Below, piece by piece: positions 27,705 to 39,245 of a stretch of DNA of 64,000 nucleotides. Each line of letters starts with the position of its first letter. Position 1 is the first letter of the stretch. A program made the translations under genes and the position numbers. The notes beneath the pieces are model-generated. The model ran no database searches. It was not told where the DNA came from and saw nothing but the letters and a program-made list of their open reading frames with translations. Source of the stretch: Octopus sinensis (Eukaryota); NCBI RefSeq assembly GCF_006345805.1, contig NC_043002.1, positions 59,396,001 through 59,460,000 of the forward strand. The letters run 5' to 3'.

Positions 27705-29545
27705 ATTACCCCCCGTGTGCTATCACCTTAACGTTGGTGGTGGTGGGGGCAGGGTGTTTGCGTGATCGTGATTTAACGACCTGAAATGCTGTGCCGTCCG
27801 GAGTCTTGTACTCCGAATAGGGTCACCCAAGGCGGTAAGGTCAACAGGTAGAAGTCAGACAAAGAATAGTCCACTGGTCCTCCAGCTTGTGGGGTTGAGA
27901 AATTCATTAATTACCCATTCTCGTAAAAAAAGTATTTATTACGGAAACCAGACGCGCTCAAATAGAAATTCATACCGCACGCAACCAGGCTTTGAAAGTG
28001 AGACTTGTAGGTACCAGATGACGATAACATCAAATTCTTGGATGGCCAGAGCACAATGATGTTGTTGGGCCAATGCCGCAAGGAAATCCGATGACCGGAA
28101 ATGTCACGCGCAAAACCAAAGCAAATTTAAAATATTGGCAATTGGAATGTCAGAACAATGTATGTGATCGGGAAAACTGCTCACGTTGCTAAAGTCATGA
28201 AGACAAACAACATCGACGTTCTAGGAATTAGTGAGTTTCGATGGACTGGTTTTAGTAAAATGAAGCTGAGTACAGGTAAAACTGTCATTTATTCTGTGGG
28301 GGAAGACGAGATACACCGCAGTGGGTGGAGTAGGTTTTATGATGTCCAGAGCTGCTGAATCGGTACTCATGGAATGGAAACTGGCGAAGGAGAGAAACAT
28401 CACAGCTAGATTTTATTCCAGATTCATTAAACTAAGAGTCATCGCCGCGTACGCACCTACAACGGATGCAGAGGATGAGGTGAAAGACATCTTCTATGAA
28501 CAACTGCAAACTGTAGTTGAGAATGTGCACAACATGACATGGTTATAGTAACTGGAGATATGAATGCCAAAGTTGGAGCAAATAATAAGGGGAATGAGAG
28601 AATAATGGGTACACATGGAACAGGAATCATTAAGAGTAATGGCGAAAGGCTTGTAGAATTCTGTGGGATGGATGATCTTATTATTACTGGAACTATATTC
28701 TCACACAAGGGCGTTCATAAAAATACTTGGACCTCTCCAAATAAAAGAACAACAAATCAAATCGATCGCACACTTGTCAAATGTGCTAAGAATTGTCAAA
28801 TAGAAACACCATGTGAAATAACCAGAACAATACGCAATGGAAATCCACGTCAAGCATCAGGTGTTATCAAGAATAAACGGTAAAATCATTACAGATGACA
28901 AGGAAAAAGACCAGATGGAAAGAAGACTTTGAAGAAGACACCCCACCTAATCCAGTGGAAAATATTGTTATTCCAGAGGTGGAGACCATTGACACCAACC
29001 CTGCAAGCAAAGCAGAAATGAAGAATGTAATCAGAATATTTAAAAAATGGAAAGGCAGGAGGAGTTGACATGATAACACTAGTCATTGAAGGCAGACATT
29101 GAAACATCCACAGACAAACTGCACAGTATCATAAATAACACTTCCACCTATAGCAAGTAAAGTGCTAGGAAGAATCATAATTAACAGGATCCAAAACAGT
29201 ATTGATAAGAAGCTCAGATCTGAACAAGCAGGCTTCTGCGAAGGTAACCAATACCACCAAACAAATATTCATCTTGAGAAACATTATTGAACAGTGGTTA
29301 GAATGGCAATCTTAATTGTATATAAACTTCATCGATTTCGGAAAAGCTTTCGATTCAGTTCACAGGGGCAGTTTATGGGAGATCATGAGAGAGTATGGCA
29401 TACCAAGCAAAATTATCAACAAAGTCAAATTAATGTACAAAGATGGTCAATGTGCAGTACTGGACGATGGTGAAATGACAGAATTGTTCAAACTAAAGAC
29501 AGGCATAAAACAAGGCTGTGTTATGCCTGGATTCTTGTTTCAATA
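27705..29545 (+). mobile_element. Degenerate RTE-clade LINE (5' UTR, APE, partial RT) with internal deletions
   Basis: GNWNVRTM, DVLGISE.RWTG, AYAPT..KDIFYEQLQ, GDMNAKVG, TWTSP..NQID; EQAGF, FIDFGKAFDSVHR, GIKQGCVM. Confidence 0.9.
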
Positions 29546-29549
29546 TACT

Positions 29550-29815
29550 GTGCTTGAGAAGACCCATCAAGCGAAACGAAATTGCAGAGGGATATTGGCG
29601 TCACACAACTGGCACCCGTGCCGGTGGCACGTAAAGTCATCCAGTACACTCCCGGAGTGGTTGACGTTAGGAAGGGCATCCAGCCGTAGAAACCATGCCA
29701 AATAATAGGACCGAAGTCTGATGCAGCCCCTCAACTTGCCAGCTGTGTTCAAACCGTCCAACCCATGCCAGCATGGACAACGGAGTTAAATTATTATGAT
29801 AATGATGATGATGAT
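29550..29815 (+). mobile_element. SINE-like 3' portion ending in (GAT)n
   Basis: GGAGTGGTTGACGTTAGGAAGGGCATCCAGCCGTAGAAA..CCAACCCATGCCAGCATGG..GATGATGAT. Confidence 0.6.
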
Positions 29816-29879
29816 ATAAATAAGTGTACATATATATACACATATATATTTCTGAGTGTGTGTAAGTATTTGCGACGCT

Positions 29880-30047
29880 GTGCTACTTAACAACCGGTGT
29901 TGGTTTTCTTACGTCCCATAGCTTAGCGGTTCGGCAAATGATAATGGTAAAAATCTATTAGACTTTAGAAAATATACATAGTGGACTCAATAACATTGAC
30001 GTAGCGTTTGAAGGCCTTGCTCCAGCATGGGCGCAGTCCAATGAGTG
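29880..30047 (+). mobile_element. Degenerate SINE family A, 3' half
   Basis: ACAACCGGTGTTGG..CTTAGCGGTTCGGCAAA..CTCCAGCATGGGCGCAGTC. Confidence 0.7.
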
Positions 30048-30640
30048 CTACAGGAATACTTCGTAGGATTCGCAAGGAACCCCAATTGCCACCATGTTCA
30101 GTTGAGAATTATCCCTTTTACCAAGGTCCTTCACCAGATATTCTTGTTCATTCTTCAGATCCTTAATTACATGTTCATGGTGATGCATCTGCAACTGGTT
30201 CTGTAATTTCTCTTCATCGACATGTTTCTCCAAAGTTAAAAGCTGAAGCTGAAGTTCCAAGATTTCACGTCTATGGTCTTCCTCCATCTTCTTTTCCACT
30301 TGAGCTTTCTCTTCGGCAAGCATCCTCAAACTCTTGTAGATTTACAGGTTTCTTTTAATTTATTGATTATAAACTTAAGAGTTTTGGCTCCAGCTAAGGC
30401 TTCTACACTTTGCCACTGGAGATGAATGTCATAGCCATTACTTGAACACCCATAAGTATAAGGATTTTCTTTACAGTTTATTCCTGGCATAGGCTGATGG
30501 GTTTTTGTGGCTGTACCTAAAGTATATTCTGGTGGACTTGCATTATCATTAAAACCATTCCTATTATTTGCCTGAAATCCTTTCAAAGATTTTTCAGCAG
30601 GATTTGAAATACCGGAAATTAAGTTATTAGAACAAGAAGG
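30048..30640 (-). pseudogene. Fragment of an unidentified coiled-coil protein gene with a frameshift and stop near 30345
   Basis: Overlapping ORFs 30326-30664 and 30048-30329 join as ..FIINKLKE(N)L*IYKSLRMLAEEKAQVEKKMEEDHRREILELQLQLL.., a heptad-like charged sequence. Confidence 0.6.
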
Positions 30641-30679
30641 ACCACAATAACAACAAGAACACAACTACTAGTATTAATT

Positions 30680-30804
30680 GTTGTTGCTGTTGCTATTGTT
30701 GTTGTTGTGGTTGTTGTTGTTGTTGTTCTTCTTCTTCTTCTTCTACTTCATCATCATCATTATTATCCTCCTCTCCTCCACCTCATCATCATCTTGTTTT
30801 TGCT

Positions 30805-30863
<59 letters not shown>

Positions 30864-30876
30864 ACTACTACTACTA

Positions 30877-30945
<69 letters not shown>
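30680..30945. repeat. Compound trinucleotide array (TTG)(CTT)(CAT)(CTA)(CTG)
   Basis: Direct reading. Confidence 0.95.
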
Positions 30946-30947
<2 letters not shown>

Positions 30948-33396
30948 CTCATGCCCACACTATATTCATTACTCCCAGTTTGTTTTTCCTCTCTTTTTTT
31001 CCATCTCAGTCTGTCTCAATAATTTTCTCTCTCCCTCTCCCCCATCTGCCTCCCTCCGATCCCCCATTCTCTCTCCTCCTCCTTCTCCTTCTTTCTTGAC
31101 TGTATTTTTGCCGCATCTGTTTTTGATGTTCTTGTTGTTGTTTCAGTTTTCGTTTCCTTCAATCTGTCGAAATGTCGGAAATGTTTTCAAACCCTTCAAT
31201 TCGAAATTAGAAAGACGTTCACGGGTTTCCTTAAGTATGATTGGTGCAGACGACAACAGACAACAAGGATGGTGAGAGCGAGGGCGAAGGTGGCGATGGT
31301 GTTGCGCAAAGTGGTGATAGTCATGATGATGGTGGTGGTGGTGGTGGTGGCTGTGGCGGCGGTGGCAGCGGTCTTGGTGCTGGAGTGGCACATTATTTCG
31401 ATGGTTGAGGTTGGTGAGATGTTTGAAAATGGTTGAGGTGGTGGGGCTATTGAGGATGATGTTGATGATGATGATGATGATGGGATTGATGATGAAGATG
31501 ACGGCGATGACGATGCTGATGATGCTGATGATGATTACAATAATAATGAGAACTATGTTGATTATGATGATGATCATGATGATGATTGTAATGATGATGG
31601 GTGATAATGATGACGATGATAGTGATAATGATGATGATGATGATTATGATGATGATGATGATTATGATGATGATGATGATGGGGTAGTTGTTGTTGGTGG
31701 TGGTGATGATGGTAATCCTCGAAAAAGAGGAAATCATCCGTCTCCCTTGTGGTCGAGCCCCAGATTGGTCACGTCTTACCATTTGCTTTTGCTCAAAGCA
31801 TCTCCATCGATTCTCTCCTCAGACATTCTAACCCCAGGCTCGTAGTTCCAGTGTTGGAGCTGCCACCTCACAATAATACAAAGACGCAGAAGCATTGGCT
31901 CACAAGCCATAACTACCATGTGATTATAATATAATCGGTTGCGACTTTAATGAGATCCAACTGCTATTTCTTGCAGATTGTGCAACCATGTATAGACCTT
32001 CCTGTTCTTTGATGATGGTGTTGATGAAGATTGTATTGGTGATATTGGTGAAATTGTAGTATTGGTGGCTTTAAATTAATGCTTAGTATTGTTAGAGTAA
32101 AATACGTGATGTCGGTATTAGACACACGGACGTTGTTTTTCTTAATTCTTCAAACTCTATCTTAATACTCAACCTATATCGAAGTACGTTCTTGCACATT
32201 CTTTGTCTTCTTTTTGTAATATTAACTGCACTGGAAAGTCTTTACTTTTAAACTGAGAACAATAGTTGCCTTTGCGTTGGATAATTTCATATCAGTATAT
32301 TTCACCTCGTATGTCATTCATTCACGCAGATTTCAGAAGTCATGTACAGTATTAATCTATTAAAAGTTCCGCTAACAATTTTATGTATCACAATATATTT
32401 GTTTGAAGCAGACGTTACAATTTTATTAGTCCCTAGTCAGGCCGTTCTAATCTAGTTTCCTGTTGTTATTGTCCAGTATTACAGTAAAATTTCCTATGGT
32501 TTCTACTCAGTAATTCTTCCTTATTAAATCTTCCTATCATTTTCGATATTTCTTTCTGAGAATGTATTAATATATATTGTTTGCTGCAGGGACATCGACC
32601 GCCAATGCTTTCTCTCAAATGAATTAATAAGTACTATGGAAATGAAGAGGCTTCGCAAGATTGAATCCTTTCTCGAGCTATAATGAAACAATAATGACTA
32701 CGAAGAATAATTCCATAATGGAATAAATCGAACAAGATATGGTCCAGGTCTTAACAAAAGTTACCAATAGGCGTATCAGTCGTTATCTCATCAATAACTA
32801 TTGGATAATTATTAGATTAGTCTCTGTAATAATCGTATTGTTGCAACTGACAGAGTTTAGTCCGTCGTCTTCATTGATATTAAGACACTTGTTGGGATGA
32901 TAATAAGAAAAAAAAAAGCTATCACTTGAAGAAGATCAATAACTACTTAGTTAAGAGGGGTAGGTGGGGTTAGGAAGGCGGTGTCTTATTTCTGCATTCA
33001 AAACAATATTTGAAGTTCGATACTAATTTTATAAAACATCCGACAAAGAAACCAAAACAACGGGAAAATGAAATTAAAAAAGTCAATCACAGAAAAATAT
33101 ATAGTTGTGTATGTGTGTGTGTGTGAGTGTGTGTATTTATATATATGTATATATATGTGTATATGCAACACACACACGCATACACACACACACATCCAGT
33201 GAAGAATAAAATAATCGCATTCCTACCAAGATGTTTTGACTTTTGCCAAAATTTCTTGTTGGAACGTTGACTCTTTCAAGTTCTAATTAATAAATTCGCT
33301 TTCAAAATGCAAGTTAAAAAATATATTCTTGCGCACGTTTATTTCAGACATTAGTAAATAACAATATCACTAATAATAAAAATAGCAATACTAATA

Positions 33397-33448
<52 letters not shown>

Positions 33449-33870
33449 TTGTATCATGACAAAAATAACGTAATGAACTGCAAAAAATATCTTAATTTCT
33501 TTAATTAAAAGCCTTAGTTCTTTTAATCTCAATATAACCAAAGGTAGCATTTTTAACTAATTGACCAGTTCTAAAATCTTTCGTCAGTTTTCATCTCTAT
33601 AAACAGTCCACTTTATTTTATTTTTCGTATAATCTTTATTTCTTTCACAACCATCACTCAGTTACCTCCCTTCCCTTTATCATTTTTTGTTTATGTCGTA
33701 AGCTCTTTTGTTGTTGTTTCTCCTATTGATATTACAGCAGGCGTTAAGGCGGCGAGCTGGCTGAAACGTTAGCACGTAACGTACTACTTGTTGTAGTAGC
33801 CTATGAACGTGTGCCTGCATTAGAGAGAGAAAGAAAGAAAGAAAGAGAGGGAGTGAGACAAAGAAAGAGA

Positions 33871-33903
<33 letters not shown>

Positions 33904-34383
33904 GGGGGTGAAATGGAGAGATTGTAGATAGTGAGACGACAGAATAATTGCAAGCTAGAAGTTCGCATCCAGTCAGGGGTATTGTATTCTATTGTGTCTG
34001 TAGATCAGTCAGCATTTAACCCTCAAATTCATCGTTATCAACTTTAATTTCTTTGAAGTCAATTCCATGTTCGACAATCTCTGCTCCAATCGCATTACCT
34101 TCAGTCTTCATTACGTTTCATTCATCTTCATTTCGCCACTGCAAACTTTTTAATTCCGCCAGTTAATACATATTGACGTAAAAACGTATATTGACGCACA
34201 CCGGGTTAACTTTGATTACTGAAAATAATTTTGCTTTTGTTGTTTCTAGAAATATGTTCAGAGTTATGAAATAGAAATAATGAATAAATCGTTGACATGA
34301 TGTTACTATTTTTGTCTCTCATTTTAAAAATTATTTACATTATTTACATTTGACGGAGATTTGTCCTCATCTGGCTTGTTGTT

Positions 34384-34428
34384 AACACAACGTTTCGGTT
34401 GATATACCCCCAGCCTTCATCAGGTGTC
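34384..34428 (-). ncRNA. Minimal type I hammerhead (Penelope-type)
   Basis: GACAC-CUGAUGA-A-GGCUG..CAACC-GAAA-CG-UU|GUGUU; palindromic AACGUU helix III; one stem II mismatch. Confidence 0.8.
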
Positions 34429-34512
34429 TTGGGGAAATTTCGAACCTGGGTTCTCATTCCTAAGGTATTTTTCGATCATCTTCTTCTTCTTCTTCTTCTT
34501 CTTCTTCTTCTT

Positions 34513-34889
34513 CTCATTGCCTTTGCACAGCTTCTAACGCTGGTGATGAACTAAGGTGTAAAATGTTCACTACCAGTGATCTAAGGTAACACCTCTTATT
34601 TTTCGAGCACATTCCGGAGTATTCGAGCGGTATTTTCTGCAAGTGCTCCACCCTTATTGCAGCCCCTATTTATTCCACATACTTTTCGATATTTTTTCTC
34701 ACTGTTCCCACGACTCCGACAATTATTGCTACGTTTTTCATCGACTACAAGTGCTTAACTTCCCAAGCTTACTTGTCATATCTCAAAACTTTTCTTTCTT
34801 CCTTATCGCATACCTTGTTGTCAGCTGGGCATGTTATATCTATGATCCAGCATAGTTTGTTTTCCTTCTCAATTAAGACTATGTCTGGC

Positions 34890-34892
<3 letters not shown>
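34513..34892 (-). mobile_element. R4/Dong-like 3' fragment (RLE domain and 3' UTR)
   Basis: NKPDIVLIEKENKLCWIIDITCPADNKVCDKEERK..YD with stops; 5' end runs into (AAT)n. Confidence 0.85.
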
Positions 34893-34961
<69 letters not shown>

Positions 34962-34993
34962 TCACTGCCTGGAATCGAACTCAGAATCTTGGG

Positions 34994-35057
<64 letters not shown>

Positions 35058-35447
35058 TTAATAATAACATCGAAAAATTCCTTTGGAATGAGAACCTAAG
35101 TTCGAAATTTCCCCAATTTACTTGTGGCGGAATTGTAAAAGAATGTAAACATTAAAAAGCTTTTGTAAAGAATTACAAGTTTTCTCTTATTAAATTTGTC
35201 GCATCTTATATTACGGTAAATGAAGGTACATTCAGTACATTCGAAGTGCTTAAAACTACATACTATGATATATACTTGTTATAAAAGCTGCAAACTATTC
35301 ACAGAACTGTTTCACCTTCCCGCTATATCTATATATAACACGACAAAGAGAAAAATACAGTTCTATATTTAAGAGATAAGGAATTATGTACATTATTATA
35401 TTATTATTTACATTTGACGGATATTTGTCCTCATCTTGTTTCTTGTT

Positions 35448-35493
35448 AACACAACATTTCGGCTGATATACCCTCCAGCCTTCATCAGGTGTC
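35448..35493 (-). ncRNA. Minimal type I hammerhead (inverted copy of 37367-37412)
   Basis: GACAC-CUGAUGA-A-GGCUG..CAGCC-GAAA-UG-UU|GUGUU. Confidence 0.78.
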
Positions 35494-35552
35494 TTGGGGA
35501 AATTTCGAACTTAGGTTCTCATTCCAAAGGAATTTTTCGATGTTATTATTAA

Positions 35553-35611
<59 letters not shown>

Positions 35612-35643
35612 TCACTGCCTGGAATCGAACTCAGAATCTTGGG

Positions 35644-35712
<69 letters not shown>

Positions 35713-36129
35713 TTGTATCATGACAAAAATAACGTAATGAACTGCAAAAAATATCTTAATTTCTTTAATTAAAAGCCTTAGTTCTTTTAATGTCAATAAA
35801 CCAAAGGTAGCATTTTTAACTAATTGACCAGTTCTAAAATCTTTCGTCAGTTTTCATCTCTATAAACAGTCCACTTTATTTTATTTTTCGTATAATCTTT
35901 ATTTCTTTCACAACCATCACTCAGTTACCTCCCTTCCCTTTATCATTTTTTGTTTATGTCGTAAGCTCTTTTGTTGTTGTTTCTCCTATTGATATTACAG
36001 CAGGCGTTAAGGCGGCGAGCTGGCTGAAACGTTAGCACGTAACGTACTACTTGTTGTAGTAGCCTATGAACGTGTGCCTGCATTAGAGAGAGAAAGAAGA
36101 AAGAAAGAGAGGAGTGAGACAAAGAAAGA

Positions 36130-36162
<33 letters not shown>

Positions 36163-36640
36163 GGGGGTGAAATGGAGAGATTGTAGATAGTGAGACGACA
36201 GAATAATTGCAAGCTAGAAGTTCGCATCCAGTCAGGGGTATTGTATTCTATTGTGTCTGTAGATCAGTCAGCATTTAACCCTCAAATTCATCGTTATCAA
36301 CTTTAATTTCTTTGAAGTCAATTCCATGTTCGACAATCTCTGCTCCAATCGCATTACCTTCAGTCTTCATTACGTTTCATTCATCTTCATTTCGCCACTG
36401 CAAACTTTTTATTCCGCCAGTTAATACATATTGACGTAAAAACGTATATTGACGCACACCGGGTTAACTTTGATTACTGAAAATAATTTTGCTTTTGTTG
36501 TTTCTAAAATATGTTCAGAGTTATGAAATAGAAATAATGAATAAATCGTTGACATGATGTTACTATTTTTGTCTCTCATTTTAAAAATTATTTACATTAT
36601 TTACATTTGACGGAGATTTGTCCTCATCTGGCTTGTTGTT

Positions 36641-36685
36641 AACACAACGTTTCGGTTGATATACCCCCAGCCTTCATCAGGTGTC
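36641..36685 (-). ncRNA. Minimal type I hammerhead (duplicate of 34384-34428)
   Basis: Same sequence as 34384-34428. Confidence 0.8.
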
Positions 36686-36763
36686 TTGGGGAAATTTCGA
36701 ACCTGGGTTCTCATTCCTAAGGTATTTTTCGATCATCTTCTTCTTCTTCTTCTTCTTCTTCTT

Positions 36764-37139
36764 CTCATTGCCTTTGCACAGCTTCTAACGCTGGTGATGA
36801 ACTAAGGTGTAAAATGTTCACTACCAGTGATCTAAGGTAACACCTCTTATTTTTCGAGCACATTCCGGAGTATTCGAGCGGTATTTTCTGCAAGTGCTCC
36901 ACCCTTATTGCAGCCCCTATTATTCCACATACTTTTCGATATTTTTTCTCACTGTTCCCACGACTCCGACAATTATTGCTACGTTTTTCATCGACTACAA
37001 GTGCTTAACTTCCCAAGCTTACTTGTCATATCTCAAAACTTTTCTTTCTTCCTTATCGCATACCTTGTTGTCAGCTGGGCATGTTATATCTATGATCCAG
37101 CATAGTTTGTTTTCCTTCTCAATTAAGACTATGTCTGGC

Positions 37140-37142
<3 letters not shown>
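36764..37142 (-). mobile_element. R4/Dong-like 3' fragment (duplicate of 34513-34892)
   Basis: Same RLE motif. Confidence 0.85.
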
Positions 37143-37217
<75 letters not shown>

Positions 37218-37249
37218 TCACTGCCTGGAATCGAACTCAGAATCTTGGG

Positions 37250-37307
<58 letters not shown>

Positions 37308-37366
37308 TTAATAATAACATCGAAAAATTCCTTTGGAATGAGAACCTAAGTTCGAAATTTCCCCAA

Positions 37367-37412
37367 GACACCTGATGAAGGCTGGAGGGTATATCAGCCG
37401 AAATGTTGTGTT
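37367..37412 (+). ncRNA. Minimal type I hammerhead (Penelope-type)
   Basis: GACAC-CTGATGA-A-GGCTG gagggtatat CAGCC-GAAA-TG-TT|GTGTT; perfect 5-bp stem II. Confidence 0.8.
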
Positions 37413-38457
37413 AACAAGAAACAAGATGAGGACAAATATCCGTCAAATGTAAATAATAATATAAATAATGTACATAATTCCTTATCTCTTAAATATAGAA
37501 CTGTATTTTTCTCTTTGTCGTGTTATATATAGATATAGCGGGAAGGTGAAACAGTTCTGTGAATAGTTTGCAGCTTTTATAACAAGTATATATCATAGTA
37601 TGTAGTTTTAAGCACTTCGAATGTACTGAATGTACCTTCATTTACCGTAATATAAGATGCGACAAATTTAATAAGAGAAAACTTGTAATTCTTTACAAAA
37701 GCTTTTTAATGTTTACATTCTTTTACAATTCCGCCACAAGTAATCACTGATACAAAGTCTATTCATTAACAAAATTCACTCCATGCTACAGTGTCAATAT
37801 TTAAGTTGATGAGGAGAAAATCGATATAGACGATAATGTAATCAAGACTGGTTATAAAGAAACTGAGTCTGGCGATGACGAATTTGAGGTTGACGCTGAC
37901 GAAAATGAGGCTGATAAAAGTGAATTTTAGAATGAAGCCTTATAAATCTGAAATAAAACAATCCAGTTTGCATAAGTATTGCAAAATAAAGACAGTTAAC
38001 AGTTGCGAAACAAAGAAAACTATTTAAACTTCACAAAGGCTTCCTTAATTCGAATAGCTGAGTTCAATACTTGCTACTGTGTAGTTCTCTGATTCGCCCA
38101 ATTCACTCGATGTACGAAGTCGAAAACTTCAGCTGCGAATCAAACACGACATATTCCTGATTCGTTAATCACAATTTTAAGTTATACTTATTAAAAATTA
38201 AAACACACATAATATTACAATGGTTGAAAGAAATGGTAGAATTTGTCCAACGTCGTAAAATGGCAGGGAGGTTGTAAGGTCTATTTAGTCGTTTATACGT
38301 ACTAGGCGACGTCGCACTCCCTACAGACTACAGATGGGCGCATTAATCTATGAATGATTGTTTAATTAAAATGCGATAACCTAGGCAGAAACACTGCCAA
38401 CATTACAATGTGTTCCTAATGGAGGATATTTCAAAGAGTAGAAAAGAATATTATTCA

Positions 38458-39245
38458 AAGGCGGCGAGCTAGCAGAACAATTAGCACGTCGGGCGAAATG
38501 CTCAGCGGTATTTCGTCTGCGTTACGTTGTGAGTTCAAATTCCGCCGAGGTCGACTTTGCCTTTCATACTTTCGGGGTCGATAAATTAAGTACCAGTTAC
38601 GCACTGGGGTCGATGTAATCGACTTAATACTTATGTCTGTCCTTGTTTGTCCCCTCTGTGTTTATCCCCTAGTGGGTAATAAAGAAATAGGTATTTCGTC
38701 TGCCGCTACGTTCTAAGTTCAAATTCCGCTGAGGTCGACTTTGCCTTTCATCCTTTCGGGGTCGATAAAATTAAGTACCAGTTACACACTGGGATCGATG
38801 TAATCGACTTAATCCGTTTGTTTGTCCTTGTTTGTCCCCTCTGTGTGTAGCCCCTTGTGGGTAGTAAAGAAATAGGTATTTCGTCTGTCTTTACGTTCTC
38901 AGTTCAAGTTCCGCCAAGGTCGACTTTGCCTTTTATCCTTTCGGGGTCGATAAATTGAGTACCAGTTGCGTACTGGTGTCGATTTAATTGAATTCCCCAC
39001 TCTCCCAAAATGTCGGGCCTTGTGTCTAGAGTTGAAAAGTATCTAGAATATTTCTATTTTCTAAGGTGGCGAGCTGGCAGAATCGATAGCGTGTTGGACA
39101 AAATGCTTAGCGGAATTTCTTCCGAGTTCAAATTCCATTGCTGTGAAGTTTGCCTTTCATCCTTACGGGGTCGATAAAATAAAGTACTTTCAAACATTCG
39201 GGTCAAGCCCCTTCCCTCAAAATTGCTGACCAAGTGTCAAAAGTT
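38458..39245 (+). mobile_element. Head-to-tail array of four SINE B units
   Basis: Units start at about 38458, 38691, 38876 and 39062; B-box-like GAGTTCAAATTCC in each. Confidence 0.92.

Larger units (their letters stand above)
33430..37745. repeat. Duplication-inversion-duplication: 33430-35114 repeated at about 35700-37364; 35118-35600 is the reverse complement of about 37260-37742
   Basis: Offset about 2264; copies differ mainly by 1-nt indels and microsatellite length. Confidence 0.92.

Noticed and set aside
27810-27930. HDV-like ribozyme in the RTE 5' UTR (CTGGTCCTCCAG motif)
   Set aside because: RTE 5' ends can carry such ribozymes, but I could not complete P1/P2/P4 pairings in this degenerate copy.
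37810-37930. Acidic peptide VDEEKIDIDD..DENEADKSEF*
   Set aside because: Only about 40 codons, low complexity, no family assignable.
38458-39245. CRISPR-like or tRNA gene array
   Set aside because: Units are SINE bodies of about 185-230 bp without unique spacers, and no complete cloverleaf is present.
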